Positions 51,087-61,625 of a DNA stretch of 64,000 nt are shown here, in pieces. A model generated the notes under the pieces. It saw only the letters and a list, made by a program, of their open reading frames with translations, did no database searches and was not told where the DNA came from. Location of the stretch: contig JBCBJQ010000007.1 in assembly GCA_038523235.1 (NCBI GenBank), positions 1 to 64,000 on the forward strand, read 5' to 3'. This DNA is from Cyanobacteria bacterium J06626_4. Its GTDB lineage: Bacteria; Cyanobacteriota; Cyanobacteriia; Phormidesmidales; Phormidesmidaceae. Both the position numbers and the translations under genes were made by a program. Every line of letters begins with the position of its first letter. Within the stretch, counting starts at the first letter, position 1.

Positions 51087-51503
51087 TCAAGCCTGCTCTT
51101 GATTGGGAAAGAACCCTAATTCAATTAAGGCTTTGCAGAGTTGCGACTTGGAAGGGGCCGACTTCGGGGCGGTTAGTCCCATCTCTCGGGCAGTTTCGAA
51201 CAGTTCTCGGACGAGCGTATTAAGCGTGTAGGGTTCGCCTTCAATCGGACTTGTTTCGAAGCGTCCTTCATAGGCCAGCGTGTACAGCTCTAGATGATGC
51301 ATGCCCATGACTCGAGCTAATTTCCTCAGGGTTTCTGGCGTCGGACAGGTGCCTTTTAGGCAAGCACCTCTAAGCCGGGGCTGAGCAACCCCTGACAGAT
51401 CAGCCAGACGGTTCATACTGAGTCCTTCAGCATCGAGATACTTAAGGAGCATCCGCCCCAAGGGCGAGCAATCTTCGGGGGTGATTTGAAGCCTCGGGGG
51501 CAT
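51087..51503 (-). CDS. XRE-family HTH transcriptional regulator
   Basis: LSMNRLADLSGVAQPRL..PTPETLRKLARVMG. Confidence 0.75.
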   Translation of the reverse strand: MPPRLQITPEDCSPLGRMLLKYLDAEGLSMNRLADLSGVAQPRLRGACLKGTCPTPETLRKLARVMGMHHLELYTLAYEGRFETSPIEGEPYTLNTLVRELFETAREMGLTAPKSAPSKSQLCKALIELGFFPNQEQA

Positions 51504-53443
51504 CTTGCTAACAAAAGTTAAATTAATAAAAGATGACTTAAAAGAAAGTCGTCGCTAGGATAGCAATCTCAGGCAAGGCATTGCAGCCCTTCACAGGTTT
51601 GCTCAAATTTTGGCACCGTTGGCCAAGTCTCTTAAATTGCACCCTACGCAGGATAAAAGGCGTAACCTGTCTGGCCCTTAACCATTAACACTACAGGGAT
51701 TGTTAGCTGATGTTTACACCTGTAAGGAAACTCTAACAATCATGGCAGCGATCGCTCTGAGACCGCTCTTGTGCTAGCTGTCTGTCCTTGAGTTCCTGAC
51801 CTTGGCTGGCTTGATCGATGGTCATGGTCGAGCCACTACAGGGAGCCCAGAATCGGTTAGAGTGAGGGCCTAGACGACGTCTCTAAAAGTCGTTTAGTGG
51901 CACCAAGATTGCCCTCGTTAAAATTTTAAATTGGCAGAAAAAGTATGGATGAATTGCACGTATTAATCCGCCAACAGGCCAGCTATTCAGACCTGGTTGA
52001 TTGGATTCGCGAAAAAGAAGACTGTCAATATTTGACTGCCTGTGCCAAGCTCAATGCTGAATTAAAGCGATATCGCTTAAAATATTTGGCCTCTTAACGC
52101 CCGTCATCACCTCACTGCCCAATTACGTTGAGACGAGATTTGATGGCGATCGCAGCTAATCCCGTTGATCACGTCACTTGGTTTTGGTGGCCGTGCGGTA
52201 CCAGCATTTCAATGGGCTGTCTGCCCTGCATCGCCTTAGCCATCCAGGGGCTAGCAATCTCAAATCGATGGCCTGAGGATCTGCTATTCGCTGCTCACAA
52301 TTTGCCCGATTCGGCGATTCATCAAGCGTCATACCGAATTCTCTGTTACCGTTCTGCTCGTCGGCTGTGGCCCCGACACCGCAACCCGATAGGAAGCCAT
52401 CTGGAGGGTGTTTGCCCATCATCTCCAGGAGCAATACATGTTAGTGGCCAAGCAGGGGGACTCGAGAGATTTATCAAAAAACCTGACGGGTGCAGTTGGC
52501 CATCTAAGGCGACTTCAGCGATGACTGCATCGCGGCGATCAGCGGTGAGAGGAGCCAACCGGGCAGAGCATCGTCTGAATTCTCAGCCCTCCGATCTCAA
52601 TACTCCGACGGCCAGGCAATTTGGTCATGCCGGCGAGGAAGGAGCCGGGAAGCCCGATATATCATCCCGTTGCAGAACATCAATATCAGGGAAGCGGTGC
52701 TCGCAACAATAGGCGGGGGTGTGATCGCAGCGAGAGCCCGGGAATTTCTACCAATGCCCAGACCCAGCGATATCGTACCGATCAGCCCTTCAATTTGTCC
52801 TGAAAGTGAGGAGGTTGTGTGGCCATTCTGAGGGCATAAACCGAAGCAACCTACCAACGATGACTCATTATCGAAAGCTTTGAATGCATTTGCCAGACGG
52901 CTAGAAGGCATGCTCACGTATACGGATAAATGTTCATACCCGCCTCACTTTTCCCGGGGATAATTTAACATCTGGATAAGACTATCATTCACCCAGATTC
53001 AAACTAAACGGATAGAATTCCACGAAATATGTAATCAATAGAAAAATTGATTTTGGATATAGATTTTCATAAATGAATTGCAGTGAAAAGTCGCATCAGC
53101 AATGGCAGGCTGGCCCAGCACGAGTTTTCTAAGGAGGTCGAGTCAGGGCCGAGGACTCAGAACATCGCTAGGCCAGCATAGGCTTTGAGCAATGGTTTGA
53201 ATAAGAATGTTCGTTTTTGGCGACAGAAACTTAAGTGATTATTAATTTTTGAAGCGTTTAAAGTGTGGGTTTGGAATTAAGTTCCAATCACTGAAAATTA
53301 ATGAATTGCCGACATTGTTGGTCAAATGTAGCTTCCATAACCAAAATTTAAATACATCCGTTTAGGGTCTACCTTATGAACGTGACCTTGGCCGCTTAGA
53401 GAGGCCTTGTTTTCAGAGCTATTTTTTTTGGAGCTTTAGCACC

Positions 53444-55864
53444 ATGGTAACTGCGTCTTTTCCTCAGACAAAGCCCTTGTCAGATGAAGACTTGCGAAAA
53501 ATCGATGCCTATTGGCGGGCCTGCCACTATTTGGCCGTAGGCATGATTTATCTGAGGGACAACCCCTTGTTGAAAGAGCCCCTCAAGCCTGAGCACGTCA
53601 AGCACCGCTTGCTGGGTCACTGGGGCGCGTCGCCGGCTCTAAGCTTCACCTATCTGCACTGCAACCGCCTGATCAAGAAGTATGACCTCAACATGATCTT
53701 CATGGCGGGACCCGGTCACGGGGCGCCAGGGGTGCTCGGGCCGGTATATCTCGAAGGCACCTACTCAGAGTTTTATCCCGACAAAACGTTTGATGAGCCA
53801 GGGATGCAGAAGTTTTTCAAGCAGTTCTCCTTTCCCGGTCACATTGGCAGCCACGTCACCCCCGAGACACCGGGGTCGATTCATGAGGGGGGCGAATTGG
53901 GCTACAGCGTTTCCCATGCCTATGGGGCGGTACTTGATAATCCCGACCTGATTGTCACCTGTGTCGTAGGTGACGGCGAATCGGAAACCGGGCCACTGGC
54001 GACGGCTTGGCACTCGAACAAGTTCATTAACCCAATTCGTGATGGGGCGGTGCTGCCGGTTCTCAACCTCAACGGCTATAAGATTGCCAACCCGACGATT
54101 TTGGCCCGCATCTCCCACGAGGAGCTGGAGTTTCTCTTCCGGGGGTATGGCTACACGCCTTATTTTGTCGAGGGTCGCGACCCAGCTGAGATGCACCAGA
54201 AGATGGCTGCCACAATGGAGCTGTGTGTTAACGACATTCGCGCCATTCAGCAAGAATGTCGCAACAGCGGCAATGCGGAGCGCCCGCGCTGGCCGCTGAT
54301 CGTTCTCAGAACGCCCAAAGGCTGGACGGGGCCACAGGAAGTCGATGGTCATAAAGTGGAAGACTTTTGGCGAGCGCACCAGGTACCCATGGGCGGCATG
54401 CACAGCAACCCTGAGCATTTGCGTCGCCTCGAAGAGTGGATGAAGAGCTATCGTCCCGAAGAATTCTTCGATGACAATGGCGTGCTACTGCCAGAACTGC
54501 AGGAGCTGTCACCGGTGGGTGATCGCCGCATGAGCGCTAACCCCAACGCCAACGGGGGACTGGTGCGGCGCGAGCTGAAGCTGCCAGACTTTCGAGACTA
54601 TGAGATCGAGATTCCGGAGCACGGCACCGTCGAGTTTGAAAACACCAAGGTGCTGGGCTATTTGATGCGCGATATTATGCGCGACAACCTCGATAACTTC
54701 CGCCTGATGGGGCCTGATGAGACGGCCTCCAACCGGTTGAGCGCGGTGTATGAAGTCACCAAAAAAGTTTGGATGGCCGACATGTACCCCGAAGACTTAG
54801 ACGGCAGCGAATTAGCTCGCGATGGCCGCGTCATGGAGATGCTGAGTGAACATACGCTGCAGGGCTGGCTCGAGGGCTATCTGCTAACGGGCCGCCATGG
54901 CCTGTTCCACACCTACGAGGCGTTTGTCCACGTGGTGGATTCCATGTTTAACCAGCATGCCAAGTGGCTTGATATTTGTAAGAACCATGTGCCCTGGCGG
55001 CGCTCGGTCTCTTCGCTCAATATCCTGCTGTCGTCGCTGGTCTGGCGACAAGACCACAACGGCTTTAGCCACCAAGATCCGGGCTATGTGGATTTGGTGA
55101 CCAACAAGAGTCCCGATGTGGTGCGGGTTTACTTTCCCCCCGATGCCAACTGCTTGCTGTCCGTCGCGGATCACTGCTTCCGCAGCGTGGACTATATCAA
55201 CGTCATCGTGTCGGACAAACAGAAGCACCTGCAGTATCTGACAATGGATGAGGCGGTGCAGCACTGTACGAAGGGCATTGGCATTTGGGATTGGGCTAGT
55301 AATGACGACTGCGGCACCGAGCCCGACATTCCCGATGTGGTGATGGCCTGCTGTGGCGACATTCCCACGATGGAGTCGCTGGCGGCAACGGCGATTCTGC
55401 GAGAAGAGTTCCCCTACTTGAAGGTGCGCTTTGTCAATGTGGTCGATCTCTTCACCCTGGTGTCGGAGACTGAGCATCCTCACGGTTTGAGCGATCGCGA
55501 CTTCAACTCGCTGTTTACAACCGACAAGCCCATCATGTTCAACTTCCACGGCTATCCCTGGCTGATTCACAAGCTGGTGTATCGCCGCAAGAATCAAGAA
55601 CGGATTCACGTGCGGGGCTATAAAGAGCAGGGCAATATCAACACCCCGCTAGAGCTGGCCATTCGCAACCAGGTGGATCGATTCAACCTGGTCATTGACG
55701 TGATCGACCGAGTGCCCAAGCTCGGTTCGGCGGCGGCCCATGTCAAAGAACGCATGAAAAACCAGATTATTAAATGCCTGGCCTATGCGTTTGAAGAAGG
55801 TACTGACATTGAGGAGATCACGAACTGGAAGTGGCCCTACTCAGGCAGCGACGGTTGTTCATAA
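53444..55864 (+). CDS. xfp: Xylulose-5-P/fructose-6-P phosphoketolase
   Basis: [50 protein letters not shown]. Confidence 0.96.
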   Translation: MVTASFPQTKPLSDEDLRKIDAYWRACHYLAVGMIYLRDNPLLKEPLKPEHVKHRLLGHWGASPALSFTYLHCNRLIKKYDLNMIFMAGPGHGAPGVLGPVYLEGTYSEFYPDKTFDEPGMQKFFKQFSFPGHIGSHVTPETPGSIHEGGELGYSVSHAYGAVLDNPDLIVTCVVGDGESETGPLATAWHSNKFINPIRDGAVLPVLNLNGYKIANPTILARISHEELEFLFRGYGYTPYFVEGRDPAEMHQKMAATMELCVNDIRAIQQECRNSGNAERPRWPLIVLRTPKGWTGPQEVDGHKVEDFWRAHQVPMGGMHSNPEHLRRLEEWMKSYRPEEFFDDNGVLLPELQELSPVGDRRMSANPNANGGLVRRELKLPDFRDYEIEIPEHGTVEFENTKVLGYLMRDIMRDNLDNFRLMGPDETASNRLSAVYEVTKKVWMADMYPEDLDGSELARDGRVMEMLSEHTLQGWLEGYLLTGRHGLFHTYEAFVHVVDSMFNQHAKWLDICKNHVPWRRSVSSLNILLSSLVWRQDHNGFSHQDPGYVDLVTNKSPDVVRVYFPPDANCLLSVADHCFRSVDYINVIVSDKQKHLQYLTMDEAVQHCTKGIGIWDWASNDDCGTEPDIPDVVMACCGDIPTMESLAATAILREEFPYLKVRFVNVVDLFTLVSETEHPHGLSDRDFNSLFTTDKPIMFNFHGYPWLIHKLVYRRKNQERIHVRGYKEQGNINTPLELAIRNQVDRFNLVIDVIDRVPKLGSAAAHVKERMKNQIIKCLAYAFEEGTDIEEITNWKWPYSGSDGCS

Positions 55865-56366
55865 TCAGCGCCGAGCTAAGCGCTCGGATGCGCTGTTTCT
55901 CTGAGAGCGGTTGCCCGTGACTGCCTCCACAGGTTGGGGCATGGCAGTGCCATGCCCCAACTGCCACTGGGGGATCATCGGATGGACCCAGGCCAACGGC
56001 ATTGCTGAATCAAGGTCTGAATTGGCCAAAGCACCAGATTTGATGCGGCCCCCTAAGTCTCTCAATTTTGGGGACTTCAAAGATCGGCTCCCCTGAGAAT
56101 GGGGGATCTACAGGGACAACATCAGCTTTCTGCTCAGCAACGTGCCCGACCACGCTCGCGGTCGTTGACGACGTCATTCAGGCGAAAAGCTGAGGTAACA
56201 GCGCATTGGCTGCGAGACTACAGCGAGGTCATGATCGCCCGCCGCTCTCGTCATCTTTCTAAAGGTGATTGAAAGATTAGAGGCGACACCGGTTGACTAC
56301 CCCTATGCTCAAGAGGTTTCTGAATCCGATCGATAGATTAATTGACATGCAAACAGGTTTGCCGCA

Positions 56367-57950
56367 ATGAATGCAATTGACCTCTGGCAAAAATATGAAG
56401 CGTGGCTTTATTACCACGAGGGCCTTGAGCTTTACGTCGATATCAGCCGTATCGGGTTTGACGAGGCTTTTGTTGAAACCCTAAAGCCCAAGTTTGACCA
56501 AGCCTTTACTGACATGGTGGCTCTTGAGCAGGGGGCGATCGCTAACCCTGACGAAGATCGCATGGTCGGCCACTATTGGCTGCGCGACCCGGAACTAGCT
56601 CCCAACGGCTTGGGCCAGGAAGTCACCACGGTACTCGACGATATTGAATCCTTTGTTGAAAAGGTCCATGCTGGGACGATTCAACCAGCAGAGGCGGACA
56701 AGTTTACCGACATTCTCTCAGTGGGCATTGGCGGCTCAGCCCTCGGCCCGGAGTTTGTGTCAGAGGCCCTAGCGCCGATCGCTCCCCCGCTCAATATTTA
56801 CTTTTTGGATAATACGGATCCCGCTGGCATTGACCATGTGTTAAATCAGTTGGGCGATCGCCTCAAGAGCACGCTGGTCATCATTACCAGCAAGTCGGGC
56901 GGCACCCCCGAAACTCGCAACGGCATGCTGGAAGTCAAGCACCGGTTTGAAGAACTGGGGCTCGATTTTCCCTCCCATGCGGTGGCCATCACGATGATTG
57001 GCAGCAAAATGGACGAGCTAGAGCGGATGGAGGGCTGGCTAGCAGAATTTCCCATGTTTGATTGGGTGGGGGGCCGCACCTCGGAAATGTCAGCCGTCGG
57101 GCTGCTGTCAGCCTCACTGTTGGGTATCGACATTCGCGCCATGCTGGCCGGGGCCAAAGAGATGGACGCGGCCACCCGCGTGCCGGAGTTGAAAAATAAT
57201 CCGGCGGCGCTGCTGGCTCTGGCCTGGTACTACGCCGGTAATGGCCAGGGTGAGAAAGACATGGTGATGCTGCCCTATAAAGACAGCCTGCTGCTGTTTT
57301 CGCGCTATCTGCAGCAGCTAGTGATGGAATCCCTCGGCAAGGAAAAAGACCTCGACGGTAACACCGTGTATCAGGGCATCGCCGTTTATGGCAACAAAGG
57401 CTCAACTGACCAGCACGCCTACGTGCAGCAGCTGCGAGAAGGGGTACCCAACTTTTTTGCCACCTTTATTGAAGTGCTTCAAGACCGCCAGGGCGACTCG
57501 ATTGAGGTCGAGCCTGACGCCACCTCGGGCGACTTTCTCTCCGGCTTTTTACAGGGCACCCGCGCGGCCCTATATGACAATCAGCGAGAATCCATCACGG
57601 TGACGATTAACGCCGTCACGCCGCACACGGTCGGGGCGTTGATTGCGCTCTACGAGCGGGCGGTGGGGCTGTATGCCTCGCTGGTCAATATCAATGCTTA
57701 TCACCAGCCAGGCGTCGAGGCGGGCAAGAAGGCGGCGGCCACCGTCATCGATCTGCAGCGGCGGGTGCTGACGGTGGTCAAAACTGTGACCGAGCCGCTG
57801 CCTTTATCGACAGTGGCGGCCAAGGCGGAGGCCGCTGATCAAATTGAAACGGTCTACAAAATTCTGCGCCACCTAGCGGCCAACGATCGCGGCATTACCC
57901 TGCAGGGCGATCGCCGCCGCCCTTCTAGTCTGATGATTTCTACCTGCTAA
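56367..57950 (+). CDS. pgi: Glucose-6-phosphate isomerase
   Basis: [43 protein letters not shown]. Confidence 0.96.
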   Translation: MNAIDLWQKYEAWLYYHEGLELYVDISRIGFDEAFVETLKPKFDQAFTDMVALEQGAIANPDEDRMVGHYWLRDPELAPNGLGQEVTTVLDDIESFVEKVHAGTIQPAEADKFTDILSVGIGGSALGPEFVSEALAPIAPPLNIYFLDNTDPAGIDHVLNQLGDRLKSTLVIITSKSGGTPETRNGMLEVKHRFEELGLDFPSHAVAITMIGSKMDELERMEGWLAEFPMFDWVGGRTSEMSAVGLLSASLLGIDIRAMLAGAKEMDAATRVPELKNNPAALLALAWYYAGNGQGEKDMVMLPYKDSLLLFSRYLQQLVMESLGKEKDLDGNTVYQGIAVYGNKGSTDQHAYVQQLREGVPNFFATFIEVLQDRQGDSIEVEPDATSGDFLSGFLQGTRAALYDNQRESITVTINAVTPHTVGALIALYERAVGLYASLVNINAYHQPGVEAGKKAAATVIDLQRRVLTVVKTVTEPLPLSTVAAKAEAADQIETVYKILRHLAANDRGITLQGDRRRPSSLMISTC

Positions 57951-58053
57951 GAATTACAGGAGTCTTAAGTTTTGCCCTTGAATCTCACAATTCAATCAAA
58001 ACTGAAGGCACCGCCCTCTGCCAGATGTTGCTCACGAAACAAGGATTTGCTCT

Positions 58054-60582
58054 ATGGTTACTGCTGATTCCCTGGTGAATTGCCCGATTACGATTGAAGA
58101 CGATCGCACCGGCCTCAGTGTCGAAACGCTGCGGCGCGCCTTTGCGGACCACCTCTATTTCATTCAAGGCAAGCTGCCCGAACTGGCCTCTAAAAATGAT
58201 TTTTATCTGGCGCTCGCCTTTGTGGTGCGCGATCGGCTAATGCCGCGGTGGCTCTACTCCCGGCGCAACTACCTGCAGCCCGAGACACGCATCGTTTCCT
58301 ATCTGTCGGCGGAATTTTTGCTGGGGCCCCACCTAGAGAACAATCTGATCAACTTGGGCGTGCAGAGTCAGGTGCGCCAAGCCATTGAGGAATCGGGCCT
58401 AGACTTTGATGAGCTCGTCGCCCAAGAAGAAGAACCCGGTTTAGGCAACGGCGGCTTGGGCCGCTTAGCCGCCTGCTATATGGATTCTCTTTCCAGTTTA
58501 GAAATCCCTGCGCTCGGGTACGGCATCCGCTATGAATTTGGTATTTTTGACCAGCAGATTCGCGATGGCTGGCAGGTCGAAATCACCGACAAGTGGCTGC
58601 AGTTTGGCAACCCCTGGGAAATTGCCCGCCCGTCGATGGCGGTCACCGTCAAGTTTGGCGGTCACACCGAAGCCTATACCGACAACCAAGGTCAGTACCG
58701 AGTGCGCTGGGTGCCTGACCAAATCGTCAAAGGCATTCCCTACGACACGCCGATTTCGGGCTATCAGGTCAACACGGTGAACACCCTGCGGTTGTGGAAG
58801 TCGGAAGCGCCAGAATCCTTTGATTTTCAGACTTTTAACGTGGGTGATTACTACGGCGCGGTCGACCAAAAAATCGTGTCAGAAAACATCAGCAAGGTAC
58901 TCTACCCCAACGATGAGCAAGTGCAAGGCAAAGAGCTGCGCCTGATGCAGCAGTTCTTCTTTGTCTCTTGCGCGCTGCAAGACATGATTCGCATTCACCT
59001 GCGCAGCGGTCGCCGGTTAGACACATTCCATGAAAAGTTCGCGGTGCAGCTCAACGACACTCACCCCGCAGTCGGGGTGGCTGAGCTCATGCGATTACTG
59101 GTCGATGAGCACCATATGGCTTGGGATCCCGCCTGGGAAATTACCCGCCAGACCTTTGCCTTTACAAACCATACGCTGCTGCCCGAGGCCCTAGAAAAGT
59201 GGTCGGTTGATCTGTTTGGCCGCATTCTGCCGCGCCATTTGGAAATTGTTTACGAAATCAACCGTCACTTCCTCGATCAAGTGCGGCTGCGGTTTATGGG
59301 CAATGAAGATCATCTCGCCAGCCTCTCACTAATTGACGAAAGCGGTGGTCGCTCGGTGCGCATGGCTAACTTGGCTTGTGTCGGCAGCTATTCGATCAAC
59401 GGGGTTGCCGCGCTGCACACTGAGCTGGTGAAATCCACCATTTTGAAGGATTTCTACCTGCTCTCACCAGAGAAGTTCAATAACAAAACGAACGGCGTCA
59501 CCCCCCGCCGCTGGATGGTGCAGAGCAATCCGCGCCTCGCCAATTTAATCTCGAGCAAGATTGGCGATAACTGGATCAAACATCTGGACGACCTGCGGGG
59601 CCTAGAAACGTTTGCTGATGATGCCGGCTTCCGTCATGAATGGCGGCAGATTAAGCTTTCCATCAAGCGTGATTTAGGCACTCACATTCGTCAGGCGACT
59701 GGCATTGTGGTGAATCCAGAATCGATGTTTGATGTGCAGGTCAAGCGGATTCACGAATATAAGCGGCAGCACCTCAACGTACTGCACATCATCACCCTCT
59801 ATAACCGCATCAAGGCGAATCCCAACCTCGACATCACGCCGCGCACCTTTATTTTTGGCGGCAAGGCGGCCCCCGGCTATGTGATGGCGAAGCTGATGAT
59901 TAAATTCATCACCTCAGTGGGCAGCGTGGTCAACAACGATCCCGACGTGCGCGATCGCCTCAAGGTGGTCTTTTTGCCCGACTACAACGTCACCTTTGGC
60001 CAGCGCGTGTATCCGGCGGCAGAGCTGTCTGAGCAGATTTCGACCGCGGGTAAAGAGGCTTCCGGCACCGGCAACATGAAATTTTCGATGAATGGGGCGC
60101 TGACCATTGGCACGCTCGATGGGGCCAACGTCGAGATTCGCGACGAGGTCGGGGCCGAAAACTTCTTCCTCTTTGGTCTGAAAACGGAGGAAGTGGCTAG
60201 CCTCAAGGCGCAGGGCTACAACCCCTACGATTACTACAGCAGCAATGAGGCCCTCAAGCAGGTGCTCGATTTGGTCGCATCGGGATACTTCTCCCACGGC
60301 GATACAGAGCTGTTCAAGCCACTGCTAGATAACCTGATGTATCAAGATCCCTTCCTGTTGCTGGCTGACTACCAGTCCTACATTGACTGTCAAGATCGGG
60401 TTAGCCAGGCCTATCAAGACCAAGACAATTGGACTCGTATGTCGATTTTGAATGCGGCGCGAACCGGTAAGTTTTCCAGCGATCGCTCTATTCGCGAATA
60501 CTGCGAAGACATCTGGAAGGTTAAGCCCCTACCGGTCACGATAGATGACTACGACCAGGCTAAAGCCGGGTTGAACCTGTAG
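58054..60582 (+). CDS. glgP: Glycogen phosphorylase
   Basis: GLGNGGLGRLAAC, QLNDTHP, KRIHEYKRQ, PLP site EASGTGNMKF. Confidence 0.97.
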   Translation: MVTADSLVNCPITIEDDRTGLSVETLRRAFADHLYFIQGKLPELASKNDFYLALAFVVRDRLMPRWLYSRRNYLQPETRIVSYLSAEFLLGPHLENNLINLGVQSQVRQAIEESGLDFDELVAQEEEPGLGNGGLGRLAACYMDSLSSLEIPALGYGIRYEFGIFDQQIRDGWQVEITDKWLQFGNPWEIARPSMAVTVKFGGHTEAYTDNQGQYRVRWVPDQIVKGIPYDTPISGYQVNTVNTLRLWKSEAPESFDFQTFNVGDYYGAVDQKIVSENISKVLYPNDEQVQGKELRLMQQFFFVSCALQDMIRIHLRSGRRLDTFHEKFAVQLNDTHPAVGVAELMRLLVDEHHMAWDPAWEITRQTFAFTNHTLLPEALEKWSVDLFGRILPRHLEIVYEINRHFLDQVRLRFMGNEDHLASLSLIDESGGRSVRMANLACVGSYSINGVAALHTELVKSTILKDFYLLSPEKFNNKTNGVTPRRWMVQSNPRLANLISSKIGDNWIKHLDDLRGLETFADDAGFRHEWRQIKLSIKRDLGTHIRQATGIVVNPESMFDVQVKRIHEYKRQHLNVLHIITLYNRIKANPNLDITPRTFIFGGKAAPGYVMAKLMIKFITSVGSVVNNDPDVRDRLKVVFLPDYNVTFGQRVYPAAELSEQISTAGKEASGTGNMKFSMNGALTIGTLDGANVEIRDEVGAENFFLFGLKTEEVASLKAQGYNPYDYYSSNEALKQVLDLVASGYFSHGDTELFKPLLDNLMYQDPFLLLADYQSYIDCQDRVSQAYQDQDNWTRMSILNAARTGKFSSDRSIREYCEDIWKVKPLPVTIDDYDQAKAGLNL

Positions 60583-60607
60583 ATCCAATCATCACACTCC
60601 CTTCTTT

Positions 60608-60642
60608 AGCGTCTCGGGGCGATCGCCCCGAGACGCTTTTTC
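60608..60642 (+). terminator. Terminator formed by a perfect 30-bp palindrome centred on HIP1
   Basis: AGCGTCTCGGG-GCGATCGC-CCCGAGACGCT followed by a T tract. Confidence 0.75.
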
Positions 60643-60690
60643 ATGCGTCCGAGTCTTGGATCACCCGAGTGAACAGCAGTCACGGTGGCC

Positions 60691-60810
60691 TAATACCAAT
60701 TCGCTGAATTTAGACTACACATCCCAAAAAGTGTGTAGCCCCCTTCGACAAGGGGGCAGCGACAGCGGGGGATCGCCGACCGGTAGCGCTATTTTGCAGA
60801 ACTGATACAA
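60691..60810 (+). mobile_element. 120-bp MITE-like dispersed repeat, copy B
   Basis: TAATACCAATTC..GAACTGATACAA; near-identical to 1..108. Confidence 0.8.
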
Positions 60811-60820
60811 CTCAACGCCT

Positions 60821-61525
60821 TCACGGCAGTAAATAGGGCAGCCACTGATCGACCACTGTCGGCGAACCATACCAGGCAATCCCCGGCTTAGGCGAATGGT
60901 AGACCTGCTCCAGCACAATATTGTTCGCCTTCGCCAAATGAGCCGCCGCAATGGGCGTAATGCCATCGCCCCAACAAGCCCCTGCGCCCGCCGTCAGTTT
61001 GTAGCTGTTGTAAGTAAACCAGGTGCGCCAGCGCTGCCCAAACACCGCTTTGCCCGCGACGCACACATACTTCACTTGGGGATGATAAGTGCCGGGATAG
61101 GTGTCATTCACAAAGTCCAGGTTGAGGCGAGTCCACCGCTCTTGGCTGATGTGCGGCGTGCCCAGCGTCAATAGCGTGTTGACCCGCTGATGCCCCGACC
61201 AAACATTGGGCCGATCGCGGTCTTTGGCATGCACGTCGTAGGGCCTGTCTCCCAAATAAATTCGCGCAATCCAGCCACCCGCCGAATGGCCAACCAGGTT
61301 GACTTGATCGCTGCCAGTAGCTGCCAGCGCTTGCTCGACGGTCTGGGCGATCGCCTGCAAAATCGGCTGCACCGAGCGCCCGCCAAAGGTGGGCAACCAG
61401 CTGGCCTGGGTCAACGGCACCGTTTTTGCCCAAACGCCTCGCGCCTGCAAGTCGGCCTCTAACCCTCGGTAGGGGCCAGCTCCCGCAAGATATCCCGGAA
61501 TAATCACCGTCGGCGACGTCATCAA
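60821..61525 (-). CDS. Lipase/esterase-like alpha/beta hydrolase (PGAP1-like)
   Basis: GHSAGG nucleophile motif, LGTPH, WGDGITP. Confidence 0.88.
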   Translation of the reverse strand: MMTSPTVIIPGYLAGAGPYRGLEADLQARGVWAKTVPLTQASWLPTFGGRSVQPILQAIAQTVEQALAATGSDQVNLVGHSAGGWIARIYLGDRPYDVHAKDRDRPNVWSGHQRVNTLLTLGTPHISQERWTRLNLDFVNDTYPGTYHPQVKYVCVAGKAVFGQRWRTWFTYNSYKLTAGAGACWGDGITPIAAAHLAKANNIVLEQVYHSPKPGIAWYGSPTVVDQWLPYLLP

Positions 61526-61625
61526 TCATGCTCAAAATAGCTGCTCCCTTATTATTGGTGGGGTAGGTGCCTTTCTCGCAATGCCAGCAAGCCGAGCACT
61601 GGCGATAACACTCCGACACCAGGGA

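Noticed and set aside
52128..52712. 194-aa ORF with a faint ferrochelatase-like LLFAAHNLP segment
   Set aside because: Single short motif, atypical composition, no other family features.
56045..56115. Distinct element between xfp and pgi
   Set aside because: Looks like a degenerate CCCC..GGGG palindromic repeat, too decayed to define.
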